NCBI RefSeq assembly: GCF_037042905.1
Contig: NC_087250.1
Span: forward strand, 16,618,001 to 16,682,000
Source: Lytechinus pictus
Taxonomy: Eukaryota
Direction: 5' to 3'
DNA: 64,000 nt
Every line of letters begins with the position of its first letter. Positions within the stretch are counted from its first letter, which is position 1. The notes beneath the pieces were generated by a model. That model saw only the letters and a list, made by a program, of their open reading frames with translations. It had not been told where the DNA came from and did not search any database. Shown piece after piece: positions 38,025 through 50,873 of the stretch. The position numbers and the translations under genes are program-made.

Positions 38025-38333
38025 GATGACGGAAATAAATCGAAAGGGTTTTTTGTTTGTTTTACAATTGTGGTGCCTTGCCCAGAAGCTATTGCTCTGA
38101 AGGAAATCATTACGAACCCTGACTGGTGACGTCATCACTTTTAGGGAAAGTGAAATACAATTTCAGACACTCTAATCACTTCCTTTTGACATAGGATTTG
38201 ATCTTTATATCCCGGTTGCTTCGCTCTCCCTTCAGTTGGTTTCTGTATAAATTCAATGTCTGCATCCACCTTGATCTCACATCTGTCGCCAAGGCTTGGG
38301 CGTCCTGCATCTGCAACACAACCATTGGTAAGT
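38025..38333 (+). promoter_or_regulatory. Putative Pol II promoter and first exon: CRE, IRF element, ETS site, TATA-like box, Inr, splice donor
   Basis: TGACGTCA 38127, GAAAGTGAAA 38146, CACTTCC 38177, TTTATAT 38204, TCAGTT 38232 (+1 about 38234), TTG|GTAAGT 38328. Confidence 0.55.
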
Positions 38334-40595
38334 GAGCGATATCTTCTGTTACAGAATTTAGATTTAGATTTTATTTCCGTTCAACAATTTTTTTCAAAAT
38401 ATAATCAAAGTAATACATATTCAATATAATCGATAATACAGACAAATCAATGAAATTTCGTAACAAATGTTGAATATAAATTAAACAAAACTACAATTTG
38501 TTTCAGTAATATTATCAATGAAAAGAAACAAGAAATGAACGGAGGGACTTGCCAAGAAAAGCAAAAGCTTGTAGAGAAGGCAAGCCCCTAAACTTAGTTT
38601 CAATACTAATTATAAACAAACTATATATACAACTCTATACAAAAATCGAGACGGACACAGAAGACAAACTTAAAACAAGTAATCCACAAATATCAAAATA
38701 AAGCGAATAAGCGACAACAAAAATAAGAGAAAGTAATTCAAATAATAATAATTACAGTGGTAACACACACAAAAAAAGTACTTACAAAATCATAATAGGG
38801 AGGGAAAAGTGGCAAAGGAAAGAAAGAGGGAGATAAGGGAGGTGCAAATAAAAAGTGCAAATGAAAGGAGGAACATGGCAGGTGCACAGGTCGTAATGTA
38901 TTGTATCATGTTGTAGTGTTGTTGTTTTTTTTTTATAAGTAAAGTTTGACAAATTTATTGGCAGTTAAAGGTTAAGTTATTATGTAGTTTTAGTTTAGGT
39001 TATGTGTTAGCTTGACTTGTTGGTGTGGAGTATTGACAAATGAGCATCTTTTTAAGTTTGCGTTTAAAAATATTAAGGTTTGTAGATTCTTTAAAGTCGT
39101 TGGGCAGGGAATTCCAATACACAGGTCCAAAAAAGATAAAAGAGTTTTTCGCTAATATAGTACGGGTAGGGGGTAGGTGATAACAATTACGTTGTCTCGT
39201 TGGGTAATCGTGTATAGAGGAGTTTTTACAGAACATATTTGAAAAAATTGTTGGGAGATCATCTTTGTTTAGTTTATACATAAATTGGGCGAGTTGGAAA
39301 CGATATAAATCACTCACTTTAAGAATATTATTTTGGAAGAATAGTATATCTGTGTGTGATCTGAATTGGGTTTGAAAAATTATTCTAAGAGCCTTCTTCT
39401 GCAGCAACAGTATTCTTTGTAATTGTGTTTGGATCGCACAACCCCATGCCAAAATGCCATAATTAATGTATGGTAATATTAATGTATGATACAGTGTAAG
39501 TAAAGTGTGAGATGGGAGAAAATATTTGAGTTTGTTGATAATTCCGATGTTTCTTGAAATTGTTTTGCATGTATTATTGATGTGTGGTTTCCATGATAGC
39601 TTATTATCAATAGTAACCCCCAAAAATCTTGTCTCTGAAACATTTTCAAGAACAGTATTATGTCAGGTATTGTATTTATTCTGTTACTAAAAAGCATAAA
39701 ATTCGTCTTTTGTAAGTTAAGTGATAGTTTATTCGCCTTAATCCAGTCAGTGACATGTATAAGTTCTGAGTTTACAATTCTTACAAGTTGGTTTACGTTA
39801 TCATGAGAAAAGAAAATTTTCGAATCGTCAGCAAACAATACAAATGTTAGTAAATTTGAACTTTTTTTAATGTCATTAATATATGTAATAAAAATAAGAG
39901 GACCAAGTAAACTACCCTGTGGTACTCCACATGTAATAGGAAGAGTAGAAGAAACAACGTTGTTGACTGACACAAATTGAGACCTGTCTGTTAGGTATCT
40001 CTTGAACCACTCCAAGGCCTTCCCCCTGATACCATAAAAAGAAAGTTTATGAAGAAGTATATCGTGGTTAATGGTATCGAAGGCCTTGGAGAAGTCCAGG
40101 AAAATACCAACAGTATGACAACCTATATCTATGGAAGAAGTAATTTTATTAATAAAAGTCAAAATTGCATGCGAGGTGCTATGATTTTCGCGGAAACCAA
40201 ATTGCGAGTTCGAAAAAGTATTGAATTTATTAAAGAACGTAATTGTACGAGTATGTATAAGTTTTTCGAGAATTTTAGATAACGAAGTGAGCAATGAAAT
40301 AGGAAGGTAATTAGAAACAAGTTGATTATCACCTTTTTTGTAAAGGGGGATGACTTTGGCTATTTTCATTAGGTTAGGTACCTTCCCTGTGTTCATAGAA
40401 ACATTAAATATGTGGACCAGAGGATCGACGATAGTTAAAATAATTTTCTTAAGTAGGAAGTTAGGAATACCATCGAAACCTGGGCTCTTCTTGGTCTGTA
40501 GATTATTAACAATATTAATAATTTCTCTTGTGTTCGTAGGATTAAAAAATATAGAGTTTGGATTTGGGTTGTCAAGAAAACTGTTGAAAGATTTA

Positions 40596-43500
40596 TAGTC
40601 CAGGCAAAATAACTGATTTTGGGGGTCAACCGCAAACAAATTGCAATAGAATTTTTTTTACCACAATGCATTTCCCTGAAGTCCCCAAAATGACATACTA
40701 AAAGTCCAGAAAAATCCCAGTAGTGGAAAGACGTCTAATTTGCATAAATCCAAAATGGCCGCCAAATTTTCAGAAAATTTGAATTTTCATACATAGATTT
40801 TGGTATGAACATTTAATTGCCACAAAATCAGTGTCATATGAAAGAGAAATAAATTTCCTATAATTTGGTACTATTTATAGGGGATAAATAGATAATTTGG
40901 CTGAGATTTTTTAGTAGAAAACTGCATTTTTGTCATTTTTTCCCAAAAGTTTAAAATTGTGAAAATACATGATTTTACATAAATCCAAGAAAAATTGAAC
41001 AATTACCTTGAAATGTTCCAGAAAACTTTGTTGATATACTATTAATATGTGGATGCAATTTTAAATTTGTGTCATTCTTTTTAACAAATTTAGAAGGTAT
41101 CAAAGTTGACAACTCAAATTTCACAAATGTCGCGTTTTGTATGCATTTTCGTAGACTAATATGTATAACGTATCTACTGTATACCGTACAGTAGTTAAAA
41201 ATTGTATGCATTTATCTACGCTTTTTAAACACCTAGTTAAAATTAGGCTTTTCTCTATCAGCTACATAAAAAGGGCTGGCACATTGACGCCTACCCCTCT
41301 CAGGGGGCTGTCAAAGTCACGCCCTCTGGCTATATCATGTTGTATGGTGTGTATCAAAATTAACGCAACCACATTTCATTTCCAATTTGTGAAAAATTTG
41401 TTGGCTTTATAGTCCAGGAAAAATTACTGATTTAGGGGGTCAACCAAAAACAAATTAAAACAAAATTTTTACCACAATCCATTTCTTTGAAGTCCCCAAA
41501 ATTTCATACTAAAAGTGTTTCTGAAATCCATGTAGTGGAAAGACGTCCTATTTGCATAAATCCAAAATGGCGGCCATCGTAAGAATTTTTAGTAATAATT
41601 TCTTATAATAGTACAAACTCTTGTCTGATCATCGCACTTAAAAAATATGATTAAAGCATTTACCTTTCACCAGTGTTATATCTTACCATAGGCTTCGTAT
41701 CAAAATTAGTATGCAAGTCAGATTTGGCCTCTGCTGACCTCTAGAGGTCAATGACCTTAAGGTCAACGACCTCAAATATCAGAAAATTGATGTTTTGCAT
41801 CATTAGCTCATGATAAATGTAGTAATAATGCAAACAAAATTATTATTAAATATTGACTTTCAAGGTAACCTGATATTCTAGAAAGAATTTGTGTATCATA
41901 AATGTTGACCTTTGACCCTGGAGCACTGGCTAAGGTCAGTAAACTTAACATATCACAATAATGATACTTAGAATACTTATGATAAACAGGTCTCTAGTGA
42001 AAAAATGCAATACAATTTATTTCAGCACAATGCATTTCCATGAAGTCTCCAAAATTACATACTAAAAGTCCAAAAAAATCCATGTAGTGGAAAGATATCA
42101 AGTTTGCATAAATCAAAAATGGAGGCCATTGTGAGAATTTTCAATTTTTACAAATAATAGTAAAAACACTGGTCTGATCATAGCACTTAAAAAAAATAAC
42201 GATAACAGCATTTAACTTTCACAAGTGTTATATCTTACCGTAGGCTTCATTTAAAAATTCCAATGCAATTTAGATTTGACCTCTCCTGACCTCTTGAGGA
42301 CAATGACCTTATAAGGGCAATGACTTAAAAATATTGATGTTTTGCATCCAGAGTTCTTGATTAGCATAATTATGTTATATCAAATTATGTTTGAAATTTG
42401 AGGATCTCTAAACAAATTTGACCTTAAAATGTAAAAGTATTGGTACTCTGCATCACTGGTTGATATGATAAATTGATGTTTTAAGGTAATTGACCTGTCA
42501 CTTTCCTCAGCAGTCAAATGTTGAGATCTGCAATCTTTACCCAAATGATCTGTTAAAAATAACAAAACTATATCATCTGTATAGCTGTAACTCTAGGGAC
42601 ACGTTTCATAAAGAGTAACTTTGCCATTATGGCAACTACCATAGCATTAGGATTCAGCAGCCAATCAAAATCAAGGTTACCATGGTAGTTGCCATAATGG
42701 CAACGTTACAACACTTGTAACTCTTTATGAAACGGGCTCCAGGTCTTTTTTGGCTAGTACATTCTGACTGAGGTTAGAGCATTGGGAGGTTTTGAAATGA
42801 TATGTGAAATGCCTCAATTAATTTTTTTGCAATTATCATTTATGTATACATCCCGAGAGACTTGAAAGTTTTCCTATTTGGCTAGATAGTAACCTGGCGT
42901 ATTTGCTCTTTAGAAGGGAGATGCAACTTACCACGATGCTGGTTGGTACTGCACTTCTCTTCCCATAACTTGCACTTAGTCATAATGGTGACTGTCAGAG
43001 GTAGGACAGAATTAAAAATGTTTCCTAGATTTTAGCCTTTTTCAACTAGTTTGGCATCATAGATTTGATGGACGCTATATCTTCGCTGAGAGCTCTGTGG
43101 TATATAGCTACTGATCTGCGTATATCAGATGGGCAATACCTGACAGGACATACAGACTCTTCACATTTTCGGGCTTCAGATAGTTTGTGATAGTCCCACA
43201 AGGTTAGTGCTGTCTAAAAAGGAAGAAGTGTCCAAGACAGCACATGCATACTCTTGTAGCAGAGTATTGGTGGAGGGGTTTGTCAGTTCCGGAGAATGTT
43301 ATTATTATGGATCCTCACTTTCCCCCTTCACTCTTAATGTGACTGATCAAGGGTGACACCAAGATATATTGCATGGTCGCAGTGCTGGAATGGAATTCAA
43401 ACCATAGGTTGTTTTGAGTTTCCTCAAAGCCTGAGGATTATGGGGATGAAACAAGCTAACCTTGGTCTTTGGGTTTGAAGACTGGACTCAAGAAAGAACA

Positions 43501-46500
43501 CGACCCTGAGAGAGTCAATTCTTTTGAATTTACCTGCTGGTCTTCCTGTTGAGATCCATAAAGAGATGTCTGTTTTCTAGTACAAGTTTAATGAGTTTGG
43601 TCAAATGAATATTATCAATGATTTGTATAGTTGTACGAGTAGACCACAGTATCAGATGCAGCTGCTAATTCAACAAAATTTTCTTTACCCGTTAGTTAGT
43701 TACCGTATTAAGTCGGAAGTCCTCAGTGAACTGAGTCTGGTTGAGAACCTAGCCTGTATATTATTTCCAAAGTTAAAAACCAGCCTGGTTATGAATATGA
43801 TATGTTGTTCTATAATGGGAACATCTTTTTGTTTAGGATGAGAATTATGAGATGCTCAAGTAGCTTGTAGAGATATCAGAATAGGGCGATTGGCCTGTAG
43901 TTTTTAGGCATGCACATTTGGATCTTTCCCAGGTTTGAGGAATTACTTTAGCCTTCCTCAAAATTTCTGGGAGATGGGACTGTGTAGCACATTGTTAAAC
44001 AGACTGACAAGCCATTCTTAAGTTTGCAAGCTTAAGGTGTTCATATAATCATCTCGTCCTGTCTACATATCTTAAGGAAAAAGATAAGATGACGAAATCT
44101 CGGATCTCGTTATGTCTACATCCTGTGGGAGAGATGATCAGATGACAAGATCTGTGATCTCGTCATGTGTACATCTTTTAGAAGAGATGATCAGATGGCA
44201 AGATCTCAGATCTCGTCATATCTTCACCCTGTAAGAGAAATGATCAGATGGCAAGATCTGGGATCTCGTCATGTCTACATCTCTGAGGGAAAAGGATAAG
44301 ATGACAATTTCTAAGATCTGATCATCTCTCCCACACAATGTAAAAATGGGAAGATCCAAGGTCTTGCCATCTGATCATCTCTCACACAGGATGTAGACAT
44401 GACAAGATCTAAGATATTGTCATCTGATCCTTTTCCATAAGAGATGTAGACATGACGAGATGATGAAATGAACATCTGGCGGCAGATCAAAATGTTTCAT
44501 TTACTCAGAGGGGTGTCACCGAAGCGTGCTGTCTTTTCCTTCTTTGTTCCTTCAATTTCAATATCCAGGTGAAATCTCCATTGGACTGGTCACTTGGAAG
44601 ATATCCACTTTAGTGTAGCTTGTACTGGGTTGTTCTATTCAGCAGACGCTGGATAGTAAACTAGTTATGTTTAATATTCTAAGTACAATGACGATTGAAA
44701 GTTTTAGGGTTAAAGGTCACAACTTTTAATACTCGCCAATTTTTTCATGTATCAAGGGACCTTATAAGCTAAAATTACTAGTAACTTTTCTCACAATCTA
44801 ACAATGTGCAAAACGAATTATCATAATGCAAAACATAAATTTTTATGATATTCCGACGTCAATAATCCTTTAGGTCATTTCCTCTAGAGTTCAGCACAGG
44901 TCAAATCTGAATTGCATCCGATTTTTAAAATGAAACCTGTGATAGAATATAACAGTGATGAAAGTTTAATGCTTTAATCATATTCTTAGTGTTATGATCA
45001 GACCAGTGTTTGTACTACTACGATTAATCATTTTGGATCATTTTTATGCAAATTAGACGCTTTTCCACCACTTTGATTTTTTTGGACTTTTGGTATGTCA
45101 TTTTTGGAGACTTCATGGAGATGCCCTGTGTTGAAATAAATAGTATAACAATTTTTACACCTTGACGCCTGTTTATCATAAAACAGTGATGCTTAGCGTC
45201 AATATTCCAAAATGTTAAGGTCATTGACACTTTTTAGCTCTCCAGTGTTCAAAGTTCCGAAAGTTTATAACCCACCAAATTCTTTCTAAAATATCAGGAC
45301 ACCTCGGAAGTCAATATCAAATAATTTTGTTTTCATTATTACTATTTTTATCATTAGCTAATGATGCAAAACATCAATTTTTTAAAAAATATTTTGAGGT
45401 CATTGACCTTAATGTATTTGACCTCTACAGATCAGCGGAGGTCTAATCAGACTTGCATCCTATCTAATTTTGAAATGAAGCATAATATTATGGTAAGATA
45501 TAACAATGATGAAAGTTCAATGCTTCAATAATATTTTTTTAAAGTGCTTTGATCAGACCAGTGATTGTACTAATAATCATGAAAAGTTTTCATGATGGTC
45601 GCCATTTTGGATTTATACAAATAAGACGTCTTTCCACTACATGGATTTTTCTGGACTTTTAGTATGTCATTTTGGTGACTTCATCAGCGTTCATGGAAAT
45701 GCATCGTGCTCAAATTAATGGTAGTGCAATTTTTACACTAGACAACTTTTCATATATCAGAGATGCTACGTGTCAATATTATACATGTTAAGGTCATTGA
45801 CCTTTTCCAGCTCTCCAGGGTCAAAGGTCAAGATTTATAACCCACCAAATTCTTTCTAAAATATCAAGATACCTTGAAAGTCAATATTGAATCATTTTGT
45901 TTTCATTATAACCATATTTATTATGTACTAATGATGCAAAACATCAATTTTCTGATATTTAGAGGTCATTGACCATAATGTCATTGACCTCTAGAGGTCA
46001 GCGGAAATCAAATTTGACTTGCATCCTGATTTCAAAATGAAGCCTATGGTAAGATATAACACTGGTGAAAGTTTCATGCTTTTATAATATTTTTTGAAAG
46101 TGCTATGATCAGAACAATGTTTGTATTACTATCAATAAACATCAAAAATTCTCACGATAGCAGCCATTTTGGATTTATGCAAATTAGACACCTTTCCACT
46201 AAATTGAGTTTTCTGGACTTTTAGTATGTCATTTTGGTGACTTCATAGAAATGCATCGTGCTCAAATTAATTGTATTGCAATTTTTACACTCGAAGCCTG
46301 TTCATAAATCAGATATGCTATGTGTCAACATTCTAAAATGTTAAGGTCATTGACCTTTTCCAGCTCTCCAGGGTCAAAGGTCAAGACTTATAACCCACCA
46401 AATTCTTTCTAAGATATCAAGATACCTTGAAAGTCAATATTTAATCATTTTGTTTTCATTATAACCATATCTTTTATGTACTAAGGATGCAAAACATCAA

Positions 46501-46869
46501 TTTTCTGATATTTAGAGGTCATTGACCTTAAGTTCATTGACCTCTAGAGGTCAGCGGAGGTCAAATTCGACTTGCATCCTGATTTTAGAATGAAGCCTAA
46601 GGTAAGATATAACACTGGTGAAAGTTTCATGCTTTTATCATAATTTTTGAAAGTGCTATGATCAGAACAATGTTTGTATTACTATCAATGATCATCAAAA
46701 ATTCTTACGGTAGCCGCCATTTTGGATTTATGCAAATTAGACACCTTTCCACTAAATGGATTTTTCTGGACTTTTAGTATGTCATTTTGGGGACTTCATG
46801 GAAATGCATTGCGTTGAAAAAAATTATATTGCAATTTGTTTGCGGTCAAACCTTATTTTTCCTGGACTA
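40596..46869. mobile_element. Academ-like non-autonomous DNA transposon with long, tandemly repeated TIR units
   Basis: TTA|TAGTCCAGG ... CCTGGACTA|TTA, giving a 3-bp TSD and TAG..CTA termini. About 550-570-bp subterminal units, roughly 2 on the left and 4 inverted on the right. Superfamily call rests on termini and TSD only. Confidence 0.75.
44035..44477. repeat. Palindromic array/MITE of ~58-bp units (ATCTCGTCATGTCTACATC...GATCAGATGGCAAGATCT)
   Basis: About 5 direct units followed by about 3 inverted units. Ends AGGTGTTCAT / ATGAACATCT. Confidence 0.7.
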
Positions 46870-47564
46870 TTATGAGTTTGAGGGACTTTGCTTGCCAGAT
46901 TGTTGCCAATGTTTGAAAAATATGAATTAAATTCTTGTGCTATTGAGATGTTGTCGTCGGTAGTTGTATTGTTTACTTTTATTTTTGTTATAGAAGTACT
47001 TTTTTTGTTTTTGTTTAATGCTCCATTAATGATTTTCCATGTGTTCCTCATATCGTTTTTGAACAAATTGAGTTGGGAGGTATAATATTCTCTTTTTGCA
47101 ATGCGTAATAAAGTAGTGAGTGTGTTTTTGTATGAAGTATATTTAAGGACGTGCATGGATCAAGGATTTACTCATCTATAGTTATAATATAGCCATATTG
47201 TTTTTTTCGTTATCAGATTATGCTAAATTATGATGGTAATGTTATAAACTGCAGGCCTACAAGCCTATAGATATTGATTTGTCTCTGAGTGATCGTAAGC
47301 CTGCCTTCGATTTCTGTTAAGTTTTAAAAATAATGATAATAGTAATAATAGTCACGTCTTGTAGAGCGCATAACACATTATGAATAACGTCTCTATGCGC
47401 TTCCAAAGGACTTGGATATCATTACCCCGCGGCTGTAGCTCAAGCAGCCTTTCCAGCGCTCGGCATTTCAAGGAATAAATTCCTACCAGGTGGGTGTTTC
47501 TTAAAGCTGTAAAGTTAAGAGCGACTTTAAAAACGACTGGTGATCCTTTCTTGTGGTAAATGAT

Positions 47565-47565
<1 letters not shown>

Positions 47566-47619
<54 letters not shown>
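47566..47619. repeat. (TAGA)n microsatellite, the LINE tail
   Basis: About 13 perfect units adjacent to a minus-strand AATAAA. Confidence 0.9.
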
Positions 47620-47620
<1 letters not shown>

Positions 47621-47633
47621 AATGGTTTATTAA

Positions 47634-48570
47634 GGACGTTCCACAGTTATGTTTGTGCGCATTATGATCTGCGCATAGTTTACACTCTGCGCGCTGACGT
47701 CACAATGGATGAACAGGTGATTAATTAGCTGCGGGTATGAGCTAATTTTTCTCATCTCCTGCACTTTAACTGCAGATCCTATGCGTTATTTCATGAAGCT
47801 AAAAAATGGTATTATTCCATGGACCATTCCAAAAAATATTCTCTACAATTTCAAAATACTTTACTCTGCAGTGCTGCCAAGAATCACGAATATTACCCCG
47901 AGTTTGAATAAATGGTAGAGTGGTGTTGATTTTTTTCTTCACATAGATACTAAGCATTCGGCGCATTTTTTGTGTTTTAAAAAGCACATTTGCTCTAATA
48001 AAAATGCTGATAATTTAAAAACAAGCACATGAACCCCTATTTTTTAATGTTTGTACCTCTTAGATATACCTTCCTCTACAACTCTGCAAATTTTGGTGAA
48101 AATGACATGGATTTTGAATAAGGTGCAGCATTTACTGTACGTTTGTAATTTGTTACTGAAATTTTACATTTTTCAGATTGGGATTTTGTTATCTTTTACG
48201 CCATTTTTAAGAACTGACAGTGCTGTTTAACTTAAAATTGCAAATAAATAGCACTATAAATAGATTCTCCATTCTAACGATACAATTATTAACACTCTTG
48301 CGAAATCTGATGACTTTTTCATGTATTTTGACTGAGTAGTAGAGGTTAAAACTCAGTGTAGTAATCTTGGGCGGTCTAAAAATGCCAAATATTTTTGAAT
48401 GCGCAATTTTTAAGAACATCAATTTGGGTGAACTTTGAAGCTCTATAGCAAAAAATCAAGCACATGGACCTATGTTAATTTTTGCATATTTCGAATATTA
48501 AGGTTCTAAAGTATCTATGTGCAAAGTTTGGTGAAAATGACATGGATTTCACTTTAACTGTGGAACGTCC
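47634..48570. mobile_element. Kolobok-like non-autonomous element
   Basis: 16-bp perfect TIR GGACGTTCCACAGTTA / TAACTGTGGAACGTCC with TTAA TSD (47630-47633, 48571-48574). Confidence 0.85.
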
Positions 48571-50873
48571 TTAAAAGATCATCGCAGCCAAAGGCCGAAT
48601 TGTGATCAATTTTACAAACATGCAAGTTATATATAAAGTTCTCATACAAAGTATCGTAACAGTTTCTTAAAATGATACACGAACCTATTATGTATGTGAT
48701 CTTAGAAAAAGAGTCAGGGGAAAAAAAGAAGGATTCCAGTGATAGGTGAGCGAAAATAAAGAAGAAAACTAGAAAAATGTAAAGGGAAGTTGTGAAGGTG
48801 TAAGGGAATGAATGGAAAGAATGGAAAAGAGAGGAGAGAAAGGGAGGAAAAGAGGAGAAAAGAACAGATCACGTTCATCACATCTTGACATGTACACACC
48901 ATATCCTATCACAGATGGTAGCAAGAAAATTGCAGTGAGATTAAAAAAAAAAACAATAAAAACGTTCAATATATTAACATAGTAAAAAGGTAAAATGATG
49001 ATAAACAAACGATGTAATTAAAATGTGGAAACGTCAACAAACAAAATTAGATTGATTACATGTTATTTAAAAGATTAACAAAGTATGGAAGAGAGCTACA
49101 TTGGAAACGTTTAGTTTTGCATTTATATTGTTGATATTTCAATTGTGATCTTAAAACATAATTACATTATTGCAAGCATCGTTAATCATGACGACAAAAA
49201 GGATCGGGCCAAGTCTGGTCCCTTGAGGGACCCCTGCATTGACAACTTTAGTGTTTGAGATTTGGCCAAAATATTTAACCTTTTGCTGACGACACTCAAG
49301 GAAACTCACAATCCACGATATAACACAGGGTCTCACATGAATGTTAATCAATTTATTAATAACAATGTTGTGGTCGATGCGATCAAACGCTTTTGAAAAA
49401 TCGGTGAGTATAACAGTGGATAGAGTCCTGGGTTCATCAGCATTGGCAAATATCTGATGAAGAAATTGTATCAAATAGTGATCCGTACTTAATCCAGGTC
49501 GATTTCCGTACTGGTTTGGATCAATACCCTCTACAATATCTTGTAGTAGCCATTTACATATAAAATATTCAGCAAGTTTGGCAAAGTAGGAAGTTAACGA
49601 AATTGGACGCAAGTTCTGCAATGTATTTGGTTTAGATTTTGGAATAGGTACTATTTCGGCTGTTTTCCAAATTGAGGGTACAACAGAGTTCTGAAATGAA
49701 ACATTTAAAATATGGGCTAAAGGAAAACACAACTCATATGTTCATTCATATATTCATTGGCAATGGTTTATCGCGAAAGAAAGGTTCACCGGTCGTTCTA
49801 AAAGTCGCTCTTAACTTACGAACAGCTTTATAAAACGGCCCTCAGGTACCCATTCACCTCACCTCGGTTGAGTGCAGCACAATGTGGATAAATTTCTTGC
49901 TGAAGGAACTAAGCCATGGCTGGGATTTGAACCCAAGATCCTCTGTTTCAAGGTCCGAAGACTAATTCACTGGGCCACAACGCTCCACATTATTATTGTT
50001 ATTATCATCAAAATTATTATCATTATTATTAATATTATTGTTATCATTATCATTATTATTTTTGTTGTTATTATTATTATCATTGTTTAGGTTCACTATT
50101 CTATTTTGAAAGCCAACCAGAGCTCATATACATTCTTAAGAATTACCAGGTGGACAGGGACCTATCCACAGAGGATTAGTTTATTGTTACTGGGGGTGCT
50201 GAACATTGTCACAGCACCCCCAGTAACAATAGATAATCCTCCGTAGCCAGGTCCATGCAGGTGCATGGCAGCATGGGTGTTTCATAAAGCTGCTCATAAA
50301 GCTGAGCGACTTTAAGAACGACTGGTGATCTTTTCTTGTGGTAAATGGTATATTAACTTGGCGATGGTTTAGCGCGTAAGAAAGGTTCGCCAGTCGTTCT
50401 TAAAGTCGCTCTTAACTTACGAACAGCTTTATGAAACGGCCCCCTAGAATCTGCATGGATTACGTCCCATATGGCGGGGGGGGGGGCAAGATTAATAATG
50501 CCCCAACACAAATCTGGGGAGTGATTCATCAAAATTTTCATCCGACAAGTTATCAGATCTGACAACTTTCTTTGATTTTGATTGGCTGAGAAGCACGATT
50601 ACTATTGTTACTGTCGGGAAAATGAGACTTGTCAGATTTTAAAGGAGTCCGACAGGTCCTTTCATGAAAAGCTCCCCCGCCTGACCTTGAATTCAGATAA
50701 TGTAATGTTTCTTGTAACATTAATCAAACTAAAGCTAAATACATACTCCAAAATACATTTAATTTATTTGATTTATGAACTCGTTATATCTGGAACTTTA
50801 CGTTGTAGATCCCTTGGTCATTTATTATTATGTATTTCTTCTCATTGCAGCGTTGTTACATGCATCCGTCATC

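Larger units (their letters stand above)
38356..47150 (-). mobile_element. LINE (CR1/L2-like) ORF2 pseudogene, split by a 6.3-kb insertion at 40596-46869
   Basis: ORFs 46824-47156, 39479-40639 and 39000-39623 give PISLLTSLSKILE, DFSKAFD, GVPQGSLLGP, FADD, HDYPTR. The frame rejoins as VPQTH-KSFNSF when the insertion is removed. 3' tail (TCTAAA)n near 38356. Confidence 0.9.
47566..49745 (-). mobile_element. Truncated, internally deleted LINE with RT fragment (ORF 49151-49732) and (CTAT)n tail
   Basis: LRPISLTS, DFSKAFD, GVPQGTRLGP. C-terminal KCKTKRFQCSSLPY near 49085-49125. 3' end matches a second copy at about 22120-22213. Confidence 0.8.
47490..49842. mobile_element. Harbinger-like MITE inside the SINE, itself split by a LINE
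   Basis: Left half 47490-47565 and right half about 49750-49842 match the intact copy at 50275-50444. CAG TSD at 47487-47489 and 49843-49845. Confidence 0.75.
47330..49986 (-). mobile_element. tRNA-derived SINE, split by nested insertions
   Basis: Minus-strand head GGAGCGTTGTGGCCCAGTG (A box) and GGGTTCAAATCCC (B box, 49922-49934). Body resumes at 47489. (TAT)n-like tail near 47330. Confidence 0.75.

Noticed and set aside
42800..44000. Intact transposase inside the Academ-like element
   Set aside because: No long ORF, only short stop-ridden segments that cannot be assigned without a search.
49915..49986. tRNA gene on the minus strand
   Set aside because: A and B boxes are present, but the sequence continues into a SINE body and tail without a convincing cloverleaf.
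50775..50873. Hydrophobic N-terminal extension of the 604-aa ORF as a signal or TM segment
   Set aside because: It mostly translates the intronic polypyrimidine tract before the acceptor at 50850. The ATG at 50874 has the better context.
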